A stretch of DNA of 20,731 bases, from positions 219,081,893-219,102,623 of the forward strand of contig JANKJI020000002.1 in the NCBI GenBank assembly GCA_024626585.2, written 5' to 3'. The translations under genes were made by a program, and so were the position numbers. The stretch's first letter is position 1; each line of letters opens with the position of its first letter. Under the pieces are notes generated by a model. The model was not told where the DNA came from, made no database searches, and worked only from the letters and a program-made list of their open reading frames with translations. Shown here piece by piece: positions 1 to 8,424 of the stretch. Source of the stretch: Ginkgo biloba. Taxonomy: Eukaryota > Plantae > Ginkgophyta.

Positions 1-1399
1 CTCCCTTTATCTCCACTCTAATTTTCCACCATTAAAATGCTCCCACAACCTTTTCCATGGCCTCAATGCCTATTTCCATGGATCAACGCCACAAACTTAT
101 TCGTAAATCCAATCTAGGGTTCAACTTCAATGTCCACACACTTCTTCCACTATTGGATGGCTCCCAAATCTCTTTCCACAACTCCAACACTTCAAATTCT
201 ATCGTAAATATTCTCCTNNNNNNNNNNNNNNNNNNNNNNNNNNNNNNNNNNNNNNNNNNNNNNNNNNNNNNNNNNNNNNNNNNNNNAGTGCTTCACTTAG
301 CCAACCCATTCCTCTTCAGTGCCTCCATTTTTATTCTTGAGCTTAGATGGATTCAACAACTAGGTTTCAACATTCATCTACATATCCAACGACCAAATTA
401 GGTAAGGAATTCATTGTATAATGGCTCTTAATCATTAAATATGGTGCAACAACCTCCTCGGGATTCTCCACACTCCTCTACATCTTCCTCGGTNNNNNNN
501 NNNNNNNNNNNNNNNNNNNNNCTTGACTTCTCACTCATGCTTCTAAACATTGAATTATTTGGATAAATAAGTCAATTTATACTTTCAATCGCCTTAAGAT
601 ACCTCCTCAATGTTGGTGTTCGACGTAGCTATTCAATATAGCTTTCTCTTCACATAACCAAAATAATCCATCTTTTTATTTAAATTTAGGAACCTTATGT
701 CACATGATTGTATTAGTATTGGTCCTCCTTGAAGCATGTTGGTTCATGCTTGATATCCATCAATGCATACCTATCTTCGCTATCTCATGTCACCATTGAG
801 ATTCCTTACTAACCTTTCATCGATACATGTCGGTGAGAAACTTTTATCGATGTTAGTGATTGATGATGTTGGGCCCTAATGTCGATCCTCTAACGCATGT
901 CAGTTTACAAAAATATCTCTGTCAATGCAGCTTCTTGCAAAAGGTTTTTGGTCTTCCAAAAATTACCATATTTTAGCTACTTACATATTATTTAATGATC
1001 CCTAGGATAAAACTATGCACTATGTAGGTATGCTACTGAGATGCTCCTGTATCAATAACTCATGAGAAAAAAAATAAGCCTATAGAAAGGTTGTCCCAAA
1101 AATGGTCTCTCTAGATTATGTTANNNNNNNNNNNNNNNNNNNNNNNNNNNNNNNNNNNNNNNNNNNNNNNNNNNNNNNNNNNNNNNNNNNNNNNNNNNNN
1201 NNNNNNNNNNNNNNNNNNNNNNNAAAGTTGTGAACACTACTTGCACACAACACCTTGATTTTGGTAAGTTTATTGAGTTTAGTATGCCACAGGATAGAAT
1301 CAAGGTTGAATTTCACTCTGTTCTCTTGATTATGCACTTTATTTTAGATTTGAATATTTCTCTGTACCAAAATAATTAAAATAGGAGTTCTGGGTTCTT

Positions 1400-2566
1400 A
1401 ATACTCAAGAGCATTACCCCACTAGGTCGCCATTTGTTGTGTATGCTTACACACATGCCCCATTCCATGGGCACCCCCTCTTTATTGATAATTTTAATGA
1501 AGGACTTAATGTTTATATCCCCTTGTTATAATTCAACTCTCATGACTTTCATTTTTATCCTGTATTCATTACTTTGGGAGTCTTCAAAAATTACTTTATT
1601 ATGGTGTATCCATAAGTTCTAGTTGATAAAGAGAGGGACCAAATTCTAAATGTCCCTCATTGGACCTGCATGAGAGAATTTAGGAGGATTTATCCTCTTC
1701 TAGGTGGCAAGCATAGTTCTCTAAGAAAGAGGCATGTTCCATTTTCCCTATTCAATCTCTAGTAGCTTTAGATCCCATCTCTAGACATTTAGTGATAGGG
1801 AACATTACACTAAGATATGGTTTATAATTTTCCTATCTTTAGAGAAAAGAAAAATTTTATTTGGGACTTGGAATCCTTTCTTAGAAAGGTTTTCTTGGGT
1901 AAGGATTTTTCCCTTCCCTGACAACTAGTTCAAATAAGAGACTTTGGCCTAGCATAGGGAATTCTAGATTATCCTCTTGCTCTCTAATTTATTCTTATTT
2001 AGGGAAGGTCTTATCTAATCATCATAACCAATCTTAACTTTGTAAACCCCTTCTTTTTTGTTCCTCCCTTAAAACAGAGTGTTTGGTTTTGATTTGAGGT
2101 AAATTCTGTGATTTACAAAGATTCCATCCACCAACTTTATCTTCTTTTCATACCTTTTTATAGAAGGCCAAACTTCCCTCATTTTTTAGACTGAGTCTAT
2201 ACCCTCAATTATGTGGGAATAGTCTTTCACCTTCACCTAGCCTATTTCTAGGCACCATCTCTTGACTTCCTCCAAGCATTATTTGAACGAAAGGATCTCT
2301 AGTGATTTTGAGGTCCTGTCGATCCTTCTTCTATCAATGTCACTTGTGTATTTTCTTCTCCTAGTATGGCTTATATTAGATCTCCCCCTGGTTGTATGAA
2401 AAAACTTTTATCGTCGTATTCCTCCTATGCACCTTTGATTCTTAAACAATGTATCACTCAAAATTTCATTATTTGTATTTTAACAGACACACTTTCTTTC
2501 TTACTTATCATTGGGACTACTTCTTCATCTATTATTCTCTCTTCCTTCTTTTCGGTTATTTTTTTC
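1400..2566 (-). mobile_element. Degenerate L1-type LINE, ORF2 C-terminal (zf-RVT) relic; boundaries approximate
   Basis: Minus-strand translation of 1969-1782 gives I*NSLC*AKVSYLN*LSGKGKILTQENLSKKGFQVPNKIFLFSKDRKIINHILV*CSLSLNV*, matching the plant LINE zf-RVT pattern W..PK..FF.WL....ILT.DNL.KRG...P..C.LC....E..NHL...C.....W. Near 1650-1580 it reads I*NLVPLFIN*NLWIHHNKVIFED, matching W.IW.ERN..IF. Confidence 0.8.
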
Positions 2567-3673
2567 NNNNNNNNNNNNNNNNNNNNNNNNNNNNNNNNNN
2601 NNNNNNNNNNNNNNNNNNNNNNNNNNNNNNNNNNNNNNNNNNNNNNNNNNNNNNNNNNNNNNNNNNTAGGGCCAATTGAAGCCAAAACATGTAGAATTGA
2701 GAAAATAAAATATAAATAACCTTACCATCGGATTGACAGGAGTAGGGTCACCATAGGCTTGAGGTGATGAAAGTGTAAGAGGAGATGCTACATCCACATT
2801 GACTAGTAAAAGGAAACTCAAAGATAGGATATTTCCCCTCTTGGACAAGACACATAATCCAAAGTTCAAATAGAAATAGAGTTGCAGCAAAACCCCAAAC
2901 CATAGTCTCTCCAAACACTAGTGTGAGATGTAAACCAAGACCAAAAATGAAGAAGAATCACCTCAGAACATACCTTCAATAAAGTTATAAAAGGTGCATT
3001 TGATCATTATATGATCCCCACATTAAACCATATGAACCACACTAAATAGGTGATCTACACATGAAACTACCTTCATATAGTCACACCAAAACATTGCCCA
3101 AACCATGTTATTCATCAAAAATACTTTTTTTCGCCAAATATAGGATCCACCCATCTTTCCCTCACTTTATGTCAAATGAATACAACTGATAATTAATCCA
3201 AACTTGATAGTTAAGGGGAGAAGGGTTCCATGATAATAGGGGAAAAATATCCCTCCTTCCATTGAAACCTAGCACAACCAAAACCCTAATAGAGTCTATA
3301 TAAGTAGAGGTAGACTAACGATTGACCATATGATGATGTTATAGACATCTCAGTATAGTTATTTTTGTGGACCATATATTGATAAGGATATATAGGATTG
3401 TGAGAGTACTAGTTAGGTGGATGATTGGACACATATCATCCTTACATATCTACACTTAAGTTAGGAGGAGATCAAATTCATGACATCATTATATCTATAG
3501 AGTATGATAATCTCACTAATTACATTATTAGAGGTATATTTTTAAATTAACACCATTTGTTTCACATTTTTTGAATTAGTAAATTATGTAATTAATTTAA
3601 GTAGTCCATAATTTAATGTTAATTGGTATGTGTTTATTGATTAAATATTATATTTCATATTTTTATGTGTAGG

Positions 3674-4631
3674 TGATGTGNNNNNNNNNNNNNNNNNNNN
3701 NNNNNNNNNNNNNNNNNNNNNNNNNNNNNNNNNNNNNNNNNNNNNNNNNNNNNNNNNNNNNNNNNNNNNNNNNNNNNNNNAAAAAAAAATTATCACGGGT
3801 TGCTACCCTTACATCAACTTCTAAATTAACTTTTGCAGCAAATAATGGCCCACGGCCTATACAGATCGCCCTGAGGCATTACAATACGCCTTATGGCTTT
3901 TAAATCTCCAAATGGCTCTAAGCCTATTGACTCCTCGATGTCCACCACCACTGTTGGTTGAGTGCTCTCCTCTGCTCCACTCGATGTTTGATCACTCTAA
4001 ATTTTGGCAGCGTTCTGGTGCTCTCTATTCCAAGACTCTGAGTGAGGTCTATTTATAGTTATCAATGCAATAGATATGCACCCCTACCTCNNNNNNNNNN
4101 NNNNNNNNNNNNNNNNNNNNNNNNNNNNNNNNNNNNNNTCCTGTAACATCTCTACCATTAATGATCTCAAGGGTTACGAACCTATCCTAGCGTAATGGTT
4201 CACTATCCTATACTAAGCAGTCACCTTCGTCGATTTGAACATCCCTTTAATTAATATCTACATGGCCACCTTTAAGTTTTATCGCCACCTGCCACCGACG
4301 AGGTCGGTTGGTTCCTCTTCGACGAGGTTCCAAGCTGCTCCGTGAATAGGCACTCACTTCCTAGCTATCTCTGATGGCGTCAGTGAATGGCTCTGATGAT
4401 GATGTCGGCCAACTACCCTAATAGCGTGTCAGTTTCCACCGACGCAGTCGAATATCTATTCCCTGACTGGTGTCAATGATTTCTCCTTAGACAAGGTCTA
4501 TCTACTTCCCATTGACAGCGTCAGTACCGATGGTCACTGATGAGGTCATTCTTCTTTTATCCAATGTCAAAACCATCTCTGTCGACGACGTCGTCCACCT
4601 AGCCCTGAGGGCGTCGGATGCTCCTGCATCA
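3674..4631 (-). mobile_element. Probable LTR of an LTR retrotransposon (possibly solo); contains two gaps
   Basis: GC- and CpG-richer island in AT-rich flanks, bounded by TGATG (3674) and CATCA (4631), which fit TG...CA short inverted termini. Minus-strand TATA CTATAAATAG at ~4049-4058, with a repeat-rich U3-like segment upstream of it. No matching target-site duplication (GTAGG vs ATATA), and the left end is across a gap. Confidence 0.45.
4292..4617. repeat. Degenerate ~24-bp-period array with palindromic core YYGAC-N3-GTCRR (~13-14 units)
   Basis: Core GAY/GAG triplets start at about 4297, 4321, 4373, 4398, 4422, 4441, 4465, 4490, 4514, 4539, 4560, 4584 and 4607. Examples: CCGACGAGGTCGG, CTGATGGCGTCAG, CCGACGCAGTCGA, TAGACAAGGTCTA, TTGACAGCGTCAG, TCGACGACGTCGT, CTGAGGGCGTCGG. 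Confidence 0.75.
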
Positions 4632-4640
4632 ATATATTTT

Positions 4641-4662
4641 ATATATATATATATATATATAT
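4641..4662. repeat. (AT)11 microsatellite
   Basis: Uninterrupted AT dinucleotide run. Confidence 0.95.
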
Positions 4663-5196
4663 GCATGTGACGCACTTCTTTTACAAGGTAAATTTAGTAC
4701 AACAATTTTACATACCTTGTATGTAGTCTAATGTTTAGTACTAAACACTAACCCAATCTTAGTGAAAGTTAAAAAGTTTTACAAATATATTATTAATATA
4801 CATCTTTTTTTTTAATTTTTATACAGATAAACCCCTTTTCATAGCCCTAGGAAATACTTAACTCCTTTTATTCGCCGGAGTAAATACTTGACTCTAGTTG
4901 TGATGTGATGTCACTTTGAAAATTCTCACATAAACTATTTGTAGAAGACTGCACTTAGAATCAAACCTAAACTAATTGTAGTAAACCCCCTATACATTTA
5001 CCACTAGACCACTTTACATATTTATTATTAGATTTAAAAATGACAAAAAAATAAAGATGTAAAAAATAAATTAATTTCTTTATTGCAATCAATTTGTCAA
5101 ATATTTTTATATTATATTTTGTCTAATAATTAGACAAATCTTTTATAAAAATAAAATTGAAATTATTATTAATATCCATAAATAACCATAAAGATT

Positions 5197-5437
5197 AATA
5201 GGACAAACAAACATAAAGGTAATAGCACTGAACATAAAAGACAGGTCAATAGGACAAATAAGCATAAAGGTAATAGCACTGAAGATAAACAGGTCAAGAG
5301 AGCGCCTATTGCGTCTATGGAAGGACGGGGCAAGCTGCTACTCAGTAAAATCGCGTGAAGATAAAGGCAGGTCAAGAGACAGCGCCTATTACGTCTTATG
5401 GAAGGACGGGGCAAGTTATGATTTTATTAAAATCTCG
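5197..5437 (+). repeat. Two overlapping tandem duplications (51-bp period x2, then 76-bp period x2) upstream of the LecRK
   Basis: AATAGGACAAAYAARCATAAAGGTAATAGCACTGAA...CAGGTC starts at 5197 and 5248. TGAAGATAAA..CAGGTCAAGAG..AGCGCCTATTRCGTCT.ATGGAAGGACGGGGCAAG...AAAATCKCG starts at 5280 and 5356. Confidence 0.9.
5244..5375 (-). promoter_or_regulatory. Cluster of three W-box (TTGACC) WRKY-binding consensus sites in the presumed LecRK promoter
   Basis: GGTCAA (reverse complement TTGACC) at 5244-5249, 5292-5297 and 5370-5375, plus TTGACT at 4888-4893. Function is inferred from the consensus and position only. Confidence 0.5.
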
Positions 5438-6213
5438 NNNNNNNNNNNNNNNNNNNNNNNNNNNNNNNNNNNNNNNNNNNNNNNNNNNNNNNNNNNNNNN
5501 NNNNNNNNNNNNNNNNNNNNNNNNNNNNNNNNNNNNNNNNNNNNNNNNNNNNNNNNNNNNNNNNNNNNNNNNNNNNNNNNNNNNNNNNNNNNNNNNNNNN
5601 NNNNNNNNNNNNNNNNNNNNNNNNNNNNNNNNNNNNNNNNNNNNNNNNNNNNNNNNNNNNNNNNNNNNNNNNNNNNNNNNNNNNNNNNNNNNNNNNNNNN
5701 NNNNNNNNNNNNNNNNNNNNNNNNNNNNNNNNNNNNNNNNNNNNNNNNNNNNNNNNNNNNNNNNNNNNNNNNNNNNNNNNNNNNNNNNNNNNNNNNNNNN
5801 NNNNNNNNNNNNNNNNNNNNNNNNNNNNNNNNNNNNNNNNNNNNNNNNNNNNNNNNNNNNNNNNNNNNNNNNNNNNNNNNNNNNNNNNNNNNNNNNNNNN
5901 NNNNNNNNNNNNNNNNNNNNNNNNNNNNNNNNNNNNNNNNNNNNNNNNNNNNNNNNNNNNNNNNNNNNNNNNNNNNNNNNNNNNNNNNNNNNNNNNNNNN
6001 NNNNNNNNNNNNNNNNNNNNNNNNNNNNNNNNNNNNNNNNNNNNNNNNNNNNNNNNNNNNNNNNNNNNNNNNNNNNNNNNNNNNNNNNNNNNNNNNNNNN
6101 NNNNNNNNNNNNNNNNNNNNNNNNNNNNNNNNNNNNNNNNNNNNNNNNNNNNNNNNNNNNNNNNNNNNNNNNNNNNNNNNNNNNNNNNNNNNNNNNNNNN
6201 NNNNNNNNNNNNN
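5438..6213. other. Assembly gap expected to contain the LecRK 5' UTR, start codon, signal peptide and most of the lectin domain
   Basis: 776 Ns. In typical LecRKs the QAWxDY motif lies about 200 residues from the start (~600 nt), which fits inside this gap. Confidence 0.8.
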
Positions 6214-7689
6214 GAACTGAATCTAAAAAGTGGAGACAACATTCAAGCTTGGATTGATTACAATCATCTTCTGAATCAGCTTAATGTTACCATTACATTA
6301 GCCGGCTTGGATAGGCCGGTCAATCCGCTGATATCTGTTAGAAATATTGATCTATTTAGTGTTCTTGAAGAAAACATGTATGTGGGTTTCAGTGCAGCTA
6401 CAGGATTTGACTCCGTTGAAGACCATTACATTCTCGCCTGGAGCTTCACCACCGACGGTATAACACCGCCTCTGGACCTTTCGCACCTCCCTTCGTTTAG
6501 GCGGAAAAAACAACACAAGTACAGATCTAGAGGATTCATTGCGGGCATGACTGTATCTTCCTTGGTTCTCCTCACGGTATCCATTCTTGCTATATTTTGC
6601 TGGTTGAAAAGATCGAGACAGAGAGAGTGTATTGAAGAATGGGAGCTCGAGTTTTGGCCTCACAGACTTCCTTACAGAGAGCTAAGAATTGCCACAAAGG
6701 GTTTCAAAGAGGCCCAACTGTTAGGCTCTGGTGGTTTCGGGAAAGTTTACAGGGGAGTTCTTCCCACCACCGGCCTTGAGGTTGCAGTAAAATGCATCAT
6801 TAAAGACTCCACAGAAGGAATTAGGGAATTTATTGCAGAAATTTCAAGTGTGGGCCGTCTGCAACACAGAAACCTGGTTCAACTCCGAGGATGGTGCCGT
6901 AGGAATAAACAATTGTTTATTGTTTACGATTACATGCCAAATGGAAGCCTGGACAGAATTATATTCGGAAACGCAGAGTCAGTGTTGCGGTGGAATCAGA
7001 GATACATAATTTTGAAGGGCGTTGCTGCTGGATTGCTGTATCTTCATGAGCAATGGGAACAGAGAGTTGTCCATAGAGACGTTAAATCTAGCAATATATT
7101 GCTGGACTCAGAGCTCAATGCGAGGCTGGGAGATTTTGGGCTTGCTCGATTGTATGATCACAGTCAAAACCCACGTACCACTCGTGTTGTAGGGACGCTT
7201 GGGTACATAGCACCCGAACTTATACAGACAGGAAAAGCCACTACAAGCACGGATGTATTCAGCTTTGGCGTTGTGCTGTTGGAGGTTGCATGTGGAAGGA
7301 AGCCTGTCGATACACTCAAGGATGCCGAAGAAATTTTATTGGTGGATTGGGTTAGAGAATTGTATGCCAAGGATAAACTCATGGATGCGGTTGATCCAAA
7401 GCTTGGGGGCGTTTATAATGTGGAAGAGATGGAGAGAGTGCTTAAATTGGGGCTCATGTGTTCATATCCAGAACCAGAAGGAAGGCTTACCATGAGACAA
7501 GTATTGCAAATACTCGAAGGTGAAGTTCCTTTTCCTGTTCCTCGTATGCCTTCTTTTCAAACAAGCTCTAGTCATGGAAATTATCTTGCTCATATTAGAG
7601 AGCTTATTTTTTCTGTGACTTCTTCCAAGTCTCCAGATGATGCACTTAGTACAGATAGCTCGAAACCTAAATTTGAAAATCTAATGTGA
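6214..7689 (+). CDS. LecRK: L-type lectin receptor-like Ser/Thr kinase (LecRK), 5'-partial; true start lies in the N gap 5438-6213
   Basis: The frame of the 6307 ORF stays open back to the gap edge (ELNLKSGDNIQAWIDYNHLLNQLNVTIT...). Legume-lectin C-terminal motifs QAWIDY, MYVGFSAATG and HYILAWSF; transmembrane helix GFIAGMTVSSLVLLTVSILAIFCWL followed by a basic stop-transfer (KRSR); juxtamembrane EEWELEFWPHR; complete RD kinase motifs GSGGFGKVY, VAVK, EFIAEI, HRDVKSSN, DFGLARLYDH, GTLGYIAPE, DVFSFG. The TTG start given in the ORF track is an artefact of the gap. Confidence 0.96.
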   Translation, partial: ELNLKSGDNIQAWIDYNHLLNQLNVTITLAGLDRPVNPLISVRNIDLFSVLEENMYVGFSAATGFDSVEDHYILAWSFTTDGITPPLDLSHLPSFRRKKQHKYRSRGFIAGMTVSSLVLLTVSILAIFCWLKRSRQRECIEEWELEFWPHRLPYRELRIATKGFKEAQLLGSGGFGKVYRGVLPTTGLEVAVKCIIKDSTEGIREFIAEISSVGRLQHRNLVQLRGWCRRNKQLFIVYDYMPNGSLDRIIFGNAESVLRWNQRYIILKGVAAGLLYLHEQWEQRVVHRDVKSSNILLDSELNARLGDFGLARLYDHSQNPRTTRVVGTLGYIAPELIQTGKATTSTDVFSFGVVLLEVACGRKPVDTLKDAEEILLVDWVRELYAKDKLMDAVDPKLGGVYNVEEMERVLKLGLMCSYPEPEGRLTMRQVLQILEGEVPFPVPRMPSFQTSSSHGNYLAHIRELIFSVTSSKSPDDALSTDSSKPKFENLM

Positions 7690-7872
7690 TCAAGCTGTTC
7701 ATTCGGCTCCGTAGTGAACAAAAGCCTGATTATAGGGAGGTCCCGTGCAAGGGGGCCCTAAATCTGAAAGTCTCCAGGTGATGCATTGAGTTCATTTGGC
7801 GCCCCGCCCCCCTCAAAACCTAATCTGAAAGGCTCGTGTGAACAAATTTCTGAAATTGTTCAATTTTGTTAA
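7627..7872 (+). repeat. Imperfect duplication of the last LecRK codons into the 3' flank (offset 141 bp)
   Basis: AAGTCTCCAGATGATGCACTTAGT...CTCGAAACCTAAATTTGAAA..GTGATCAA at 7627 versus AAGTCTCCAGGTGATGCATTGAGT...CTCAAAACCTAATCTGAAA..GTGAACAA at 7768. Confidence 0.8.
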
Positions 7873-7976
7873 AGAAGATGAAAACACTCCGGTCCCTCTC
7901 TCTCCTCTCTCCTCCACATCTCTAGGCTGGTGGGAAAGAGACTCTAAAGGCTCATAAAGCAAACGTTTTTCGGAGC

Positions 7977-8045
7977 CCACTTATTTCGTATCTGCTTAGA
8001 AAGTTCGTACCCGTACATCCACCTATTTCGTACCTTCTACGAAAC
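7977..8045 (+). repeat. Short imperfect direct repeat (42-bp offset)
   Basis: CCACTTATTTCGTATCTGCTTAGAAA at 7977 versus CCACCTATTTCGTACCTTCTACGAAA at 8019. Confidence 0.65.
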
Positions 8046-8076
8046 CTCATACATTCTATTCCGAAGAAGAATATTC

Positions 8077-8214
8077 GATGATGTAATATTTTATTTTTGT
8101 ACATAGCAGATTATGCAGAAGTTAAATGTATTTATTATACTTTTGGATGATGCGGTATTTTATTTTTGTGCATAGCAGCTTGTAGAGAAGTTTTAATGTA
8201 TCGATTTACTTTTT
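8077..8214 (+). repeat. Imperfect tandem duplication, 69-bp period
   Basis: GATGATGTAATATTTTATTTTTGTACATAGCAG...AGAAGTTAAATGTAT at 8077 versus GATGATGCGGTATTTTATTTTTGTGCATAGCAG...AGAAGTTTTAATGTAT at 8146. Confidence 0.85.
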
Positions 8215-8296
8215 CAAGTGACTATCGTAGCCAAGACTATAGCAATCGATTTTCAATGAAGCAAATCATATGTTTTTATTTTTCTTAAATTTAATC

Positions 8297-8424
8297 ATCA
8301 CACTATAAATAAAAGAATCTATTGTTAAAAAATTTGAATAATTTAACTTTGGAGTTGTTAAGGTCTTCAAATATAAATTATTCAAAATTTTTAACAATAG
8401 ATTCTCTTTTATTTATAGTTTGAT
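8297..8424. repeat. Near-perfect inverted repeat / hairpin (~49-51-bp arms, 28-nt loop); MITE-like or small-RNA-precursor-like
   Basis: Left arm 8297-8345 ATCACACTATAAATAAAAGAATCTATTGTTAAAAAATTTGAATAATTTA; right arm 8374-8424 TAAATTATTCAAAATTTTTAACAATAGATTCTCTTTTATTTATAGTTTGAT. Two mismatches and one 2-nt bulge. Confidence 0.88.

Noticed and set aside
1-493. Possible LINE ORF1 relic on the minus strand (FTIEFE..., KIRVEIK)
   Set aside because: Motif matches are too short and interrupted to call without a profile search.
2667-3290. Possible LINE ORF1 relic on the minus strand (LLSWNP...QVWI; CGDHIMIKC) and the 129-aa ORF 2525-2914
   Set aside because: Weak resemblance only; the ORF spans a gap and has no recognisable domain.
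4292-4617. CRISPR array (palindromic repeats with variable spacers)
   Set aside because: Plant context, repeats only ~13 bp and degenerate, spacers ~10 nt, and no cas genes.
5351-5357. CGCG (CAMTA-type) box
   Set aside because: Flanking bases do not fit the vCGCGb consensus on either strand, and the motif is not kept in the second repeat copy.
5169-5414. 81-aa hydrophobic repetitive minus-strand ORF
   Set aside because: Its internal repeats simply mirror the tandem duplications; no independent coding evidence.
5309-6257. Long ORFs of 271-303 aa in the ORF track
   Set aside because: Almost entirely X from the N gap; the readable parts are promoter repeats or the wrong frame of the LecRK.
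6352-7495. Overlapping or antisense ORFs 6352-6663, 7164-7382 and 7253-7495
   Set aside because: Shadow frames of the LecRK coding sequence with no recognisable motifs.
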